64,000 nt of DNA from Bacteroidales bacterium (GCA_036655355.1 JAVVQG010000003.1:206770-270769); one strand, 5' to 3'. Counted from the stretch's first letter, positions 47,809 through 58,388 are shown. The notes: generated by a model not told the origin, from the sequence alone. Made by a program: numbers and translations.

Positions 47809-49683
47809 TTATCGGCCTAACAAAACTAATAAAATATTTATATCGCTCGGCGAAATTCCAGGAATTCGTGATGCCTGTCCGATCGTATCGGGATCGATTT
47901 TCGTCAGTTTCTGTCGCGCTTCCGTCGAAAGAGACTTCAACGTAAGGTAGTCGAACTTCCCTTTGATGTTGATGTTTTCAAGACGCGAGATCTTATCGGC
48001 GATCATTTTTTCTCGTTCGATATATCCCTCGTATTTCATCATGATCTCTGCCGCTTCGATGATCTCCTCCTTGCGGTTCGGGATCTGATCGATCTCTTTC
48101 TGTAGGGCGGGAACGAATTCGGCGATCTGGGTCAGGTTCAGTTGGGGACGAACCACGAGGTTGAACAGCTTGCATCCTTCGCGAAGGGGCGAGGTGCCCA
48201 ACGCTTCAAGCGCTTCGTTTACGTAGGCCGGTTTGATTGAATACTCTTTGCAGAAATTTACCAGGCGGTCACGGTGCTCCCGTTTCTCCTGAAGCAGGTC
48301 GTATCGGGCTTGCGTGGCAAGTCCCAAAGCATACGATTTCGGAGTCAGACGCATATCCGCATCGTCTTGACGAAGCAGGATCCGGTATTCGGCACGAGAG
48401 GTAAACATACGGTACGGCTCGTCGACACCTTTTGTAACCAAGTCGTCGATCAAAACACCGATGTAAGCTTCATCACGTCCCAAAACGAACGGATCTTTCC
48501 CCTGTACTTTCAGCGCGGCGTTGATGCCGGCCATCAATCCTTGGCCGCCCGCCTCCTCATAACCGGTGGTTCCGTTCACCTGTCCGGCGAAGAAAAGTCC
48601 CCCGATCGCTTTGGTCTCCAGCGTATGCTTCAACTGGGTGGGATCAAAGAAATCGTATTCGATGGCATATCCCGGACGATAGATCTTCACGTCGCGAAGG
48701 GCCGGTATCTTTTTAAGCGCCTCCAACTGCACTTCCAGCGGAAGCGAAGAGGAGAAGCCGTTCAGGTAATACTCCTGAGTGGTTTCGCCTTCCGGTTCAA
48801 GGAACAGCTGATGACGCGTCTTATCGGGGAAGGTTACGATCTTGGTTTCGATGCTCGGGCAGTAGCGTGGCCCGATGCTTTGGATCTGTCCGTTGTAAAG
48901 CGGCGAGTCGGGAAGGCCTTTCTCCAAAACCGCGTGACACTCCTCGTTGGTGTAGATCATCCAGCAAGGACGCTGTTTCAGCATCGGCGTTTCATAATCC
49001 AGGTAAGAGAACTTATGGAAATCGTTGTCGCCCTCGTGCGCTTCGGCAAGAGAGAAGTCCACGCTGCGTCCGTCGATACGAACCGGCGTACCGGTCTTCA
49101 TTCGATCTACACGGATGCCGGCCTCTTTCAGCTGGTCTGACAATCCGTAGGAAGCAGGTTCTGCGATTCGTCCACCCGGCAGCTTTGTGCGGCCGATATG
49201 CATCAGGCCGTTCATGAATGTTCCGGATGTGAGCACGACCGCCTTGGCACGAAACTCAACGCCCATATTGGTCACCACACCTTTCACCTCACCCTCTTCG
49301 AGGATCAGGCGCTGTACGGTGTCTTGCCAGATCTCCAGGTTCGGCATGTTTTCGATGATGCTTCTCCAGGTATCGATGAACTTGGCACGGTCTGCCTGTG
49401 AGCGGGGACTCCACATCGCGGGTCCCTTCGAGCGGTTCAGCATACGGAACTGAATGGCGGTCTTGTCGCTGACAATCCCCATATATCCTCCCAGTGCATC
49501 AATCTCACGCACGATCTGCCCTTTGGCGATTCCCCCCACAGCGGGATTACAGCTCATCTGGCCGATCTTATTCATGTCCATCGTGATCAAACATGTTTTG
49601 GAACCCAGATTGGCTGCCGCGCAAGCTGCTTCGCAGCCGGCGTGACCCGCACCAACAACAATAACGTCGTATATAAAATCCAT
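47809..49683 (-). CDS. mnmG: tRNA uridine-5-carboxymethylaminomethyl(34) synthesis enzyme MnmG (GidA)
   Basis: GAGHAGCEA, MSCNPAVGGIAKG, GPRYCPSIE, GYAIEYD, AGQVNGTTGYEEA and EPYRMFTSRAEYR; ATG at 49683; TATCTTTG promoter element at 49715-49722. Confidence 0.99.
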   Translation of the reverse strand: MDFIYDVIVVGAGHAGCEAACAAANLGSKTCLITMDMNKIGQMSCNPAVGGIAKGQIVREIDALGGYMGIVSDKTAIQFRMLNRSKGPAMWSPRSQADRAKFIDTWRSIIENMPNLEIWQDTVQRLILEEGEVKGVVTNMGVEFRAKAVVLTSGTFMNGLMHIGRTKLPGGRIAEPASYGLSDQLKEAGIRVDRMKTGTPVRIDGRSVDFSLAEAHEGDNDFHKFSYLDYETPMLKQRPCWMIYTNEECHAVLEKGLPDSPLYNGQIQSIGPRYCPSIETKIVTFPDKTRHQLFLEPEGETTQEYYLNGFSSSLPLEVQLEALKKIPALRDVKIYRPGYAIEYDFFDPTQLKHTLETKAIGGLFFAGQVNGTTGYEEAGGQGLMAGINAALKVQGKDPFVLGRDEAYIGVLIDDLVTKGVDEPYRMFTSRAEYRILLRQDDADMRLTPKSYALGLATQARYDLLQEKREHRDRLVNFCKEYSIKPAYVNEALEALGTSPLREGCKLFNLVVRPQLNLTQIAEFVPALQKEIDQIPNRKEEIIEAAEIMMKYEGYIEREKMIADKISRLENINIKGKFDYLTLKSLSTEARQKLTKIDPDTIGQASRIPGISPSDINILLVLLGR

Positions 49684-49809
49684 GTAGTAATTTATCTTCT
49701 TAATTTTCAGAGTGCAAAGATACAATAAGTTTTCGGCACCTCATTTAAATAGTCTAAAAATGCTTTTTTATAGATTATCAGATGGTTAAGAAAAGCAGAA
49801 CGGCTTCAC

Positions 49810-49840
49810 AAAAAGAAAGCCGTCCGAATTTTCGGACGGC
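49810..49840 (-). terminator. Intrinsic terminator after ybeY
   Basis: GCCGTCCGAA-TT-TTCGGACGGC stem with an A-rich flank on the plus strand. Confidence 0.75.
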
Positions 49841-49864
49841 CGTATGGCGTAGTGAACCGTTTTC

Positions 49865-50284
49865 TTATTTGCCGATTAGGGCAAGCGCTTTGTTTTCGTT
49901 CTCGATCATGTTGGCACGTTGTTCGGGACTTTGGTCGTCGATTCCGCATAAGTGCAGGATGCCGTGGATGATTACGCGGTCTAGTTCTTTCTCGAACGGT
50001 TGTTCAAACTGCTCGGCATTGCTCTTAACCGTATCAACGCTGATGAATATATCTCCACCGATTTTATCCCCTTCGGTGTAATCGAATGTGATAATATCCG
50101 TGTAATAATCGTGTTTCAGATATTCATTGTTCACCTCGAGAATTTTCTCGTCGTTACAGAAAATGTAAGCTACTTCGCCCACCTTCTTTCCATGAATGGC
50201 CGCAACTTGTTTGATCCACTCCTTGGTTTCTGTTTTTTTGATCGAAGGCATTTCGATGCCCTCCGCATAAAAGTTAATTGCCAT
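49865..50284 (-). CDS. ybeY: rRNA maturation RNase YbeY
   Basis: N.EYL.HDYYTDIITFD, GDIFIS and HGILHLCGIDD; ATG at 50284. Confidence 0.95.
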   Translation of the reverse strand: MAINFYAEGIEMPSIKKTETKEWIKQVAAIHGKKVGEVAYIFCNDEKILEVNNEYLKHDYYTDIITFDYTEGDKIGGDIFISVDTVKSNAEQFEQPFEKELDRVIIHGILHLCGIDDQSPEQRANMIENENKALALIGK

Positions 50285-50324
50285 ATTGTTTACGGTGTAA
50301 AATGGATTCTTGTATCTATCAAAG

Positions 50325-51557
50325 TTAGCCAAAAAAGAGATAAGCAACTAATATCGCCGCGATAATTCCCACCAGATCGGCAAACAATCCCACTCCTGCC
50401 GCGTAACGGGTCTTGGTGATGCTTACACTGCCGAAATAGACCGCCAGGATATAGAACGTGGTGTCTGTGGCTCCCTGGATGGTGGAGGCAACGCGCGCTA
50501 CGAACGAATCAACGCCGTACGTATTGATGGCATCCACCATCATGCCGCGTGCGCCGCTTCCGCTCAGCGGTTTCATGAGGGCGGTAGGCAACGCACCGAT
50601 GAAATCGCTCGGGATACCCACTCGGTCAAATAGCCACCCCAGACCGTCTGTCAGGTAATCCATCGCACCCGATGCTCGGAATACGGCGATCCCCACCAAC
50701 ATCGCCACCAGGTAAGGTATAATCATCACCGCAGTTTTGAAGCCCTCTTTGGCACCTTCGATGAAGGTATCGAATACATTGATCCGTTTGCGTAATCCGG
50801 CAAAGATGAACCCGGCGATAATCGTAAACAGCAATGCATTGGAGAAGAACGTGGAATAGAGCGACACCTCTTCTTGATTCATGCGACTGAAGACCCAGAT
50901 GATCGCCACGATGATCGCGGTCAACGTTCCCAGGGATCCGATGATCACTTTGTTGAAAAGGTTGATCTTTTGTTTTACCGCACACATCAGCAATCCCGCC
51001 ATGGTGGAAAAAAACGTGGCGATCAGTATGGGTAGAAAAACATCCGACGGATTCGCCGCACCCAATTGAGAGCGGTACACCATCACGCCGATCGGAACCA
51101 ATGTCAATCCGGAGGTATTCAGCACCAGAAACATAATCATCGGATTGGTAGCCGTGTCTTTCTCCTTGTTAAGTGATTGCATCTCTTGCATCGCTTTAAG
51201 TCCCAGGGGAGTTGCCGCATTGTCGAGTCCAAGCATGTTGGCCGACAGATTCATAAAGATCGATCCCAAAGCCGGATGCCCTTTGGGGATGCCCGGGAAC
51301 AGTCGGGTGAAAAGGGGACTTACGATTCGGGAAAAGAACCCGATCACGCCGCCTTTTTCGCCCACTTTCATCAACCCTAGCCAGAGTGATAAAACGCCCG
51401 TTAGTCCCAGTGAAATCTCAAAGGCGGTTTTCGCCGCACCGAATGTGGCGTTGATGATTTCTGACCAAACGGTCATGTTGCCTGTAAAAAGTGTAGCGAA
51501 TAGCGCCAGCACGAATGCGATAAGGAAAAAGGCAATCCAGATATAGTTTAAAACCAT
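50325..51557 (-). CDS. SpmA/SpmB fusion membrane protein (nucleoside recognition/Gate domains)
   Basis: ANMLGLDNAATPLGLKAM, F.EGAKEGF, KPLSGSGA and TDTTFYILAVYFGSV. Confidence 0.92.
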   Translation of the reverse strand: MVLNYIWIAFFLIAFVLALFATLFTGNMTVWSEIINATFGAAKTAFEISLGLTGVLSLWLGLMKVGEKGGVIGFFSRIVSPLFTRLFPGIPKGHPALGSIFMNLSANMLGLDNAATPLGLKAMQEMQSLNKEKDTATNPMIMFLVLNTSGLTLVPIGVMVYRSQLGAANPSDVFLPILIATFFSTMAGLLMCAVKQKINLFNKVIIGSLGTLTAIIVAIIWVFSRMNQEEVSLYSTFFSNALLFTIIAGFIFAGLRKRINVFDTFIEGAKEGFKTAVMIIPYLVAMLVGIAVFRASGAMDYLTDGLGWLFDRVGIPSDFIGALPTALMKPLSGSGARGMMVDAINTYGVDSFVARVASTIQGATDTTFYILAVYFGSVSITKTRYAAGVGLFADLVGIIAAILVAYLFFG

Positions 51558-51677
51558 AGTCAGCCGAATATAATGATGAATAGTAAGTTAATTAAGATTG
51601 ACATTGCGGAGAACGATCAGGTAAAAATAAATATTTAGTTTTGTGAAAGAAAATATATTACAGTTTATAGTTCGGTT

Positions 51678-51929
51678 ATGGAAAAACAACAGGTAAAGTA
51701 TGTGCCTCAAGGCGGCGTATGTTCAAAGATGATGATTGTTGAAGCGGTGGGAGGTAAAATCGAGACCGTTTGTATCGAAGGGGGATGTAACGGAAATCTG
51801 AAAGGATTATCGGCATTGCTCAAAGGAATGGATGTGCAGGAGGCGATTGTCCGAATGGAAGGGATCGACTGTAAAGGACGCGGCTCCTCTTGTCCCGATC
51901 AGATCGCACAGGCATTGAAACAACTCTGA
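51678..51929 (+). CDS. TIGR03905 family TSCPD-domain protein
   Basis: GVCS, GGC.GNL.G...L..GM, GI.C..R.SSCPDQ.A.AL. Confidence 0.92.
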   Translation: MEKQQVKYVPQGGVCSKMMIVEAVGGKIETVCIEGGCNGNLKGLSALLKGMDVQEAIVRMEGIDCKGRGSSCPDQIAQALKQL

Positions 51930-51933
51930 ACGG

Positions 51934-52647
51934 ATGAGTACCACGGCCAAAGAGGTGCGGGAAACACTGACGATGTTCGCCGATCCCGCGAAAGCGAAGA
52001 TTCTGAGCGGTTTCTTTAAAACCGGGAAGGGGCAGTATGGTGAGGGCGACCGGTTTCTGGGTATCCGCGTACCCGATACCCGCAGCGTGGCCAAAGAGGC
52101 CCGTTCACTTCCCTTGGCGGAGATTTCCGTTTTGTTGGAGGATCCTTATCATGAAGTGCGTTTGTGTGGTTTTCTGGTTTTGGTAGACAAATACCGGAAA
52201 ACAAAACTCCCCGAGGAGAAAGAGGCGTTGGTGAATTTTTACCTCGCCCATGCTCGAAAAGCCAATAACTGGGATTTGGTGGATCTCTCCGCTCCGAAGA
52301 TCCTCGGCGATTGGCTGCGTGATAAAGAACGCACCATCCTGTATGAATTGGCTCAGAGCGATTCGCTTTGGGAGCAACGTATCGCGATGGTGTCTACTTG
52401 GACGATTATCCGGCAGGATGATTTCGACGATACCCTGCGTCTGGTCGAACTGTTGATGGATCATCCGCACGACCTGATGCGAAAAGCCGTGGGGTGGATG
52501 TTGCGGGAAGTGGGAAAACGCGATCGCGAAACACTCACCCGATTTCTTGAGGCGTATGCGACCCGTTTGTCGCGTACCTCTTTGCGTTACGCGATCGAGC
52601 ATTATCCGCCCGAAGCGCGTAAGCGTTTTATGAACATGGGAAAATAA
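51934..52647 (+). CDS. DNA alkylation repair protein (AlkD-like)
   Basis: FFKTGKGQYGEGD.FLGI.VP, HEVR, NNWDLVD, KAVGWMLREVGKR and LRYAIE. Confidence 0.93.
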   Translation: MSTTAKEVRETLTMFADPAKAKILSGFFKTGKGQYGEGDRFLGIRVPDTRSVAKEARSLPLAEISVLLEDPYHEVRLCGFLVLVDKYRKTKLPEEKEALVNFYLAHARKANNWDLVDLSAPKILGDWLRDKERTILYELAQSDSLWEQRIAMVSTWTIIRQDDFDDTLRLVELLMDHPHDLMRKAVGWMLREVGKRDRETLTRFLEAYATRLSRTSLRYAIEHYPPEARKRFMNMGK

Positions 52648-52660
52648 TTTTATTTCCGGC

Positions 52661-53293
52661 TTATTTCCGCCCGAAATCAGCCGGAATCTCTCCCCATAAT
52701 TTAGTTTCCCATTTGATGATCGGAGTTGAATACGTATTATTTTGAAGCCATTTCTCGGCACGTTCGATCATTTCGAAAATCTTCTCGTTGCGCGCCGTAC
52801 GCACCAGTTTCGTTTTACACTTTTTATTCTTCACCCACAGCATCGCATTTACACTGTCCGTATAGATTGGCAGCGGGATGTTGCGTTGCTTCATCAACGA
52901 GAGTCCGTGTACAAGTGCCAGGAATTCTCCGATATTATTCGTGCCGTCATCTAACGGTCCGATACGAAAAATCTCTTCTCCCGTACGTACGTACACACCG
53001 CGATACTCCATCGGTCCCGGGTTGCCGCTGCATGCCGCATCCACCGCCAAACTCTCCGGATTGTATTGCATCTGCATCTGCGACCCCTCATGAACGGCTT
53101 TCGCCACCGCATTCAGAATTCCGATGTGATCGGTGTAATTCTCTCGAAAAGCTTCGGTAGCGAGTTCCTTCGTCGGAAAACTCTTGTATTTGGCTCCCTG
53201 ATAGCCCGTAATCTGTCGTTTACACTCCTCCCACGTATCGTAGATACCGGGGGAATGACCTTCCCATACGACATAATATTTGAAATTAGCCAT
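52661..53293 (-). CDS. rnhA: Ribonuclease HI with N-terminal hybrid-binding (viroplasmin-like) domain
   Basis: YYVVW.G..PGIY.TW.EC...GAKYKSF, AVDAACSGNPG, TNNIGEFLA, YTDS and WGEIPADFGRK. Confidence 0.93.
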   Translation of the reverse strand: MANFKYYVVWEGHSPGIYDTWEECKRQITGYQGAKYKSFPTKELATEAFRENYTDHIGILNAVAKAVHEGSQMQMQYNPESLAVDAACSGNPGPMEYRGVYVRTGEEIFRIGPLDDGTNNIGEFLALVHGLSLMKQRNIPLPIYTDSVNAMLWVKNKKCKTKLVRTARNEKIFEMIERAEKWLQNNTYSTPIIKWETKLWGEIPADFGRK

Positions 53294-53479
53294 GTTTCCT
53301 GCTGGTTATGAGTATATATGAAGGCTAAAATTACTCATAAAAATTTGAATATCGAAAAAAGATCCGGAGAGCTGAAAACGTTGCGCCGGATCGAAAAAAG
53401 ATTTACCACCGAAACAAAGAGTTGTATGTCAAAATATTATAATTTTGTATCATTAGAGAGATATAAATAAGAGATATAC

Positions 53480-54010
53480 ATGAGAAGAGTATTCTTAGTC
53501 GGATATATGGGTGCGGGAAAAACGACGCTGGGTCGGGAAGTGGCGGCTAAACTGGGACTGGCCTTCATCGACCTGGATCATTACATTGAAAACCGCTATC
53601 ACAAAACCATCAACGTGCTGTTCGACGAACACGGTGAGGCGGGATTCAGAGCGTTGGAAAGCAAGATCTTGAAGGAGGTGGGACTGTTTGAAGATGTCCT
53701 GATCTCCACGGGAGGCGGTACGCCCTGCTTTTTCGATAACCTCGATTATATGAATGAACATGGCGTGGCGGTGTACCTCAAAACCTCCCCCGACGTGTTG
53801 TTCAGCCGTTTGCGTGTCGCAAAAGCCAATCGTCCGATTCTGAAAGATAAAACCGATGAAGAGCTCATCTCCTTTATTGCGGAAAACCTGTTGAAGCGGG
53901 AGCCTTTCTACCTCCGCTCGCGTCTGATATTTGATGCCGATCAACTTGATTCGCGTTCGCAATTAAACACTGCCGTAGAGAAACTGGCGGGTTTGTTATT
54001 AAATGATTAA
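53480..54010 (+). CDS. aroK: Shikimate kinase
   Basis: GYMGAGKTT, DLD..IE, GE..FR..E, STGGG, RP and R...Y. Confidence 0.97.
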   Translation: MRRVFLVGYMGAGKTTLGREVAAKLGLAFIDLDHYIENRYHKTINVLFDEHGEAGFRALESKILKEVGLFEDVLISTGGGTPCFFDNLDYMNEHGVAVYLKTSPDVLFSRLRVAKANRPILKDKTDEELISFIAENLLKREPFYLRSRLIFDADQLDSRSQLNTAVEKLAGLLLND

Positions 54011-54027
54011 TTAAAATCGGAATCACC

Positions 54028-55242
54028 ATGCGGGAAAACTTCATTTCATTCACAAATGAGTCGCTGATGCCGGAAGAGAAGATCTGTACGCCGGTACGCG
54101 ACAACAATTCGCTGTTCATCGGGATACCGAGAGAACGGGGAAGTTTTGAGAAGCGATTGCCGTTGACTCCCGAATCGGTGGGATTGTTGGCCTCCGAAGG
54201 ACACCACATCATCATTGAATCCGGTGCCGGTGAATCGATCCATTATCCCGACGTGGCGTTCTCGGAAGCGGGAGCGGAGATCACCGATTGCCTATCGTAC
54301 GTATGGGGTGCGGACATCGTCTTGAAAGTGGCGCCTCCCACACCGCAAGAGGTGATGATGATGAAGCCCCGTGCCACGCTCATCTCGTTGCTTCAGCTGA
54401 GTTTCCTGCCCAATGAATCGATCGAGGTGATGCAGGAGCGCAAGATCAATGCGGTGGCGTATGAACTGATCACCGATTCACACGGATTTCACCCCGTTAT
54501 CAGCTCCATTTCGGAGATTGAAGGACGCACGGCCGTGGTGATCGCCGCCGAATTGCTCACCAACCTCAACGGAGGCAAGGGAATTCTTCTGGGCGGATGT
54601 GCCGGAGTCACGCCAACCGAAATCGTGATTATCGGGGCCGGCAGGGCCGGACGAGAGGCTGCCCGTACTGCAGATGCGCTCGGTGCTACCGTGAAAGTGT
54701 TTGATAACAATGTAGAACTTCTGCGCGAGGTGCAACGTACGTTGCGACAATCCATCTTCACCTCCAATCTTCACCCCAATGTACTTCGTAACTCGCTCCA
54801 TTCGGCAGACGTCGTGATTGGAACGTTGCGTTTTGAAAACGGAGAACGGCGTTTCCGCGTTTCCGAAGAGCTGATCCGCTCCATGAAAAAAGGCGCGTTG
54901 TTGATTGATCTCAGCGTTGACCAGGGCGGTTGTTTCGAAACATCCGTATCGCCCAATACCCTTTCTGAGGCCATCTTTGAAAAATACGGGGTCACGCACT
55001 TCTGTGTCCCCAATATAAGTTCGCGCGTGGCGCGCACCACCTCCATTTGTTTAAGCAATCATTTTACTCCTTTGTTATTGCGACTCGCCGAATTCCCTTC
55101 CGTGGCCGATTACATCCGTCATCAGGAGTGTTTCCGGTACGGCGTGTACGTTTACAACGGCAAAATCGTGAATAAGGTGGTAGGAGAACATTTCAGTCTA
55201 CCTTGGAGTGACATTGCATTATTCTTGACTACTTTTCAATAA
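54028..55242 (+). CDS. ald: Alanine dehydrogenase family protein (AlaDh/PNT)
   Basis: IGIPRE...EKR..LTP, ESGAG, AYE, GKGILLGG..GV, GAG.AG, VDQGGCFETS and CVPNI. Confidence 0.82.
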   Translation: MRENFISFTNESLMPEEKICTPVRDNNSLFIGIPRERGSFEKRLPLTPESVGLLASEGHHIIIESGAGESIHYPDVAFSEAGAEITDCLSYVWGADIVLKVAPPTPQEVMMMKPRATLISLLQLSFLPNESIEVMQERKINAVAYELITDSHGFHPVISSISEIEGRTAVVIAAELLTNLNGGKGILLGGCAGVTPTEIVIIGAGRAGREAARTADALGATVKVFDNNVELLREVQRTLRQSIFTSNLHPNVLRNSLHSADVVIGTLRFENGERRFRVSEELIRSMKKGALLIDLSVDQGGCFETSVSPNTLSEAIFEKYGVTHFCVPNISSRVARTTSICLSNHFTPLLLRLAEFPSVADYIRHQECFRYGVYVYNGKIVNKVVGEHFSLPWSDIALFLTTFQ

Positions 55243-55347
55243 AATAATAATACGTTGTCATTTATTTAAATGTTTTGGCTTAATTTGCCCGTCTGTAAGT
55301 GCATCTATGAAAAACACAACTAACTACTTTCTATAAAAAGATAATCT

Positions 55348-57195
55348 ATGTCTGAAAAAACATCAATTATTGACACGGATAGAGTGGTCATACGCTTTTC
55401 CGGCGATTCCGGCGACGGCATGCAATTAGCCGGCACGATTTTTTCAAATCTGTCTGCTGTTTTCGGAAATGAGATTTCAACATTCCCGGATTATCCGGCA
55501 GAGATTCGCGCACCTCAAGGAACTTTAGGGGGCGTTTCAGGTTTCCAGGTACATCTTGGGAAAAAGGTATATACTCCGGGGGATAAATGTGACGTATTGG
55601 TAGCAATGAATCCGGCTGCCCTAAAGACGAACGCAAAATTCATTAAGCCGAACACCATCGTTATCATCGATGAAGAGTCTTTTACGGAGAACGACTTGAA
55701 AAAGGCCGATTTTAAAACAAATGATCCTTTTGCGGAACTCAACCTGTCAAATATCCAGGTGGTTTCCGTGCCGGTGGAGTCTATGGTGAAAAGTAGTCTT
55801 TCCGACATGGGGATGGATAACAAGGCGATGTTGCGCAGTAAAAATATGTTCGCGCTCGGACTGGTTTGTTGGCTTTTCAATCGTCCGATGGAACATGCGA
55901 TGGAGATGCTTAAAAACAAATTCGGTAAGAAACCGACCGTACTCGAAGCAAATATCAAAGTGTTGACAGACGGATATAATTACGGAAACAACATTCATGC
56001 TTCCGTATCCACTTACCGTATTGAAAAGGATGCCTCCAAGAAAGGATTCTATATGGATATCAACGGGAACAAAGCCGTTGCATTCGGACTGGTGGCGGCT
56101 GCCGAGAAAGCGGGTATTCCGTTGTTCCTGGGTAGTTATCCGATTACGCCGGCCACCGATATTCTTCATGAACTGGCGAAACTGAAAGCATTGGGCGTGA
56201 AAACCGTTCAGGCTGAAGATGAGATTGCCGGGATTTGTACCGCTATCGGCGCGTCGTTTGCCGGACAATTGGCGGCGACTTCCACTTCCGGTCCGGGATT
56301 GGCTCTGAAAAGTGAAGCACTCGGGTTGGCTGTGATGTCTGAAATTCCGTTGGTGGTGATCGATGTACAGCGCGGAGGTCCTTCTACCGGTCTGCCGACG
56401 AAAACCGAACAGACCGACTTGCTTCAGGCTCTCTACGGACGAAACGGGGAATCTCCTGCGGTTGTGTTGGCGGCTTCAACGCCGACTGACTGTTTCGATA
56501 TGGCTTTTACGGCATCGAAGATTGCGCTCGAGCACATGACACCGGTGATCCTGTTGACCGATGCATTCGTCGGAAACGGCTCCTCGGCATGGCGAATTCC
56601 TGAAATGGAGAATTATCCGGAGATCCGCATCCCGTATGTCACACCGGAAATGAAGGAGGGATGGCGTCCATATACCAGAAATGAGGAAACAAAAGTACGT
56701 TATAAGGCGATTCCGGGAATGGAGGGATTCGCACATCGTTTGGGTGGTCTTGAGAAAGATTATGTAACGAGTGCCATCTCTACGAATCCGGAGAACCACC
56801 AAAAAATGACGGATACCCGTCAGGCGAAGGTGGAGTACATCGCCAATGAGATTCCATTGCTTAATGTGATGGGCAACCCCGATGCGAAAATCCTTGTTGT
56901 AGGCTGGGGCGGTACTTACGGTCACATCTACTCTGCCGTAGAGGAGTTGAATCAGGCGGGTAAATCGGTTGCATACGTGCATTTCAACTACATCAACCCA
57001 CTTCCGAAAAATACGGAAGAGGTGTTGAAACAGTACGATAAGGTGCTGGTTTGCGAGTTGAACAACGGCCAGTTCGCAGGTTACCTGCGTTCGAAGATAC
57101 CGGGTGTGAACGTGCTGCAGTTTAATCAGATGCAGGGTCAACCTTTCCAGGTGAGCGATATTGTGGAAGCAATCACTAAATCGATGGAGGAATAA
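55348..57195 (+). CDS. korA: 2-oxoacid:ferredoxin oxidoreductase alpha subunit (gamma-alpha fusion)
   Basis: FSGDSGDGMQL, YPAEIRAP, YPITPATD, EDEIAG, TSGPG and QRGGPSTGLPT. Substrate specificity not determinable. Confidence 0.92.
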   Translation: MSEKTSIIDTDRVVIRFSGDSGDGMQLAGTIFSNLSAVFGNEISTFPDYPAEIRAPQGTLGGVSGFQVHLGKKVYTPGDKCDVLVAMNPAALKTNAKFIKPNTIVIIDEESFTENDLKKADFKTNDPFAELNLSNIQVVSVPVESMVKSSLSDMGMDNKAMLRSKNMFALGLVCWLFNRPMEHAMEMLKNKFGKKPTVLEANIKVLTDGYNYGNNIHASVSTYRIEKDASKKGFYMDINGNKAVAFGLVAAAEKAGIPLFLGSYPITPATDILHELAKLKALGVKTVQAEDEIAGICTAIGASFAGQLAATSTSGPGLALKSEALGLAVMSEIPLVVIDVQRGGPSTGLPTKTEQTDLLQALYGRNGESPAVVLAASTPTDCFDMAFTASKIALEHMTPVILLTDAFVGNGSSAWRIPEMENYPEIRIPYVTPEMKEGWRPYTRNEETKVRYKAIPGMEGFAHRLGGLEKDYVTSAISTNPENHQKMTDTRQAKVEYIANEIPLLNVMGNPDAKILVVGWGGTYGHIYSAVEELNQAGKSVAYVHFNYINPLPKNTEEVLKQYDKVLVCELNNGQFAGYLRSKIPGVNVLQFNQMQGQPFQVSDIVEAITKSMEE

Positions 57196-57197
57196 CA

Positions 57198-58202
57198 ATG
57201 GAACAGTATACAGCTAAAGATTTCAAAAGTGATCAATATGTGCGCTGGTGCCCGGGTTGTGGTGACCACGCGGTAGTTAATACCCTTCAGAAGGCGATGG
57301 CCGAAGTGGGCGTAGCGCCGCACGAAACCGCGGTAATCTCCGGAATCGGTTGTTCGTCTCGTCTACCTTATTATATGAACACGTACGGATTCCATACGAT
57401 ACACGGTCGCGGTCTTGCAATCGCTACCGGTGTGAAGACGGCCAATCCGCGCCTAACCGTTTGGGCGGTGACCGGCGACGGCGACTGTCTTGCAATCGGG
57501 GGAAATCACTTTATTCATGCCGTGAGACGCAACGTGGACCTAAACATCCTGTTGCTGAATAATAAGATCTACGGGTTGACGAAAGGTCAGTATTCTCCCA
57601 CTTCAGACCGAGGTGCGGTTACTAAATCATCGCCCTATGGTACGGTAGAGGAGCCATTCATCCCGGCTGAACTTACCATCGGTGCCCGTGGGAATTTCTT
57701 TGCCCGTTCCCTTGACGTTGATTTGCAGACTTCGCGCGAAGTGATGGTAGCGGCAGCGCAACATCCGGGTGCTTCCGTGGTGGAGATTCTTCAGAACTGT
57801 GTGATCTTTAACGATGGTATTCACAAATTCGTTTCCGATAAGGAATACCGTTTGGACCGTTCCATCGTATTGGAACATGGCAAACCGATGATCTTCGGAA
57901 CGAAACGCGACAAAGGTCTCGTTTTGGACGGATTTAATTTAAAAGTGGTGACGATCGGAGAAAACGGAATCACTGAAAAAGATCTGTTGGTACACGATGC
58001 AAAATGTGCAGACCATACGCTTCATTTCAAACTGGCGATGATGGGGGGCGATCTTCCGGTGGCTTTCGGTGTCATCCGTTCTGTTGATGCTCCGGTTTAC
58101 GATCGGGAAGTGGAGAAACAGATCAAAGAGGTTCAGGAGAAGAAAAAAGAGCGTACCCTGCGTGAGTTATTGATGAAAGGGGAGATCTGGGAAGTGAAAT
58201 AA
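57198..58202 (+). CDS. korB: 2-oxoacid:ferredoxin oxidoreductase beta subunit
   Basis: WCPGCG, SGIGCSSR, HGR and TPP motif GDGD...NN.IYGLTKGQYSPT. Confidence 0.92.
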   Translation: MEQYTAKDFKSDQYVRWCPGCGDHAVVNTLQKAMAEVGVAPHETAVISGIGCSSRLPYYMNTYGFHTIHGRGLAIATGVKTANPRLTVWAVTGDGDCLAIGGNHFIHAVRRNVDLNILLLNNKIYGLTKGQYSPTSDRGAVTKSSPYGTVEEPFIPAELTIGARGNFFARSLDVDLQTSREVMVAAAQHPGASVVEILQNCVIFNDGIHKFVSDKEYRLDRSIVLEHGKPMIFGTKRDKGLVLDGFNLKVVTIGENGITEKDLLVHDAKCADHTLHFKLAMMGGDLPVAFGVIRSVDAPVYDREVEKQIKEVQEKKKERTLRELLMKGEIWEVK

Positions 58203-58264
58203 GCTTTGCTTCTAGGCATACAAGCGTATCTTCGGATAAAAAATACGATTAAACACGATACGAT

Positions 58265-58326
58265 AAAATAAGAAAGGTGGAAATGCGCCGGCTTGGTCCG
58301 GATGCATTTCCACCTTATTTTATTTC
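58265..58326. terminator. Bidirectional terminator between korB and mnmA
   Basis: AAGGTGGAAATGC/GCATTTCCACCTT 13-bp stem with A-rich and T-rich flanks. Confidence 0.8.
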
Positions 58327-58388
58327 GGTCTTATTTACTTTCACCTTATTTATTTCGGCCTTTCGTATTTCATTTTTTCATCTCCACC

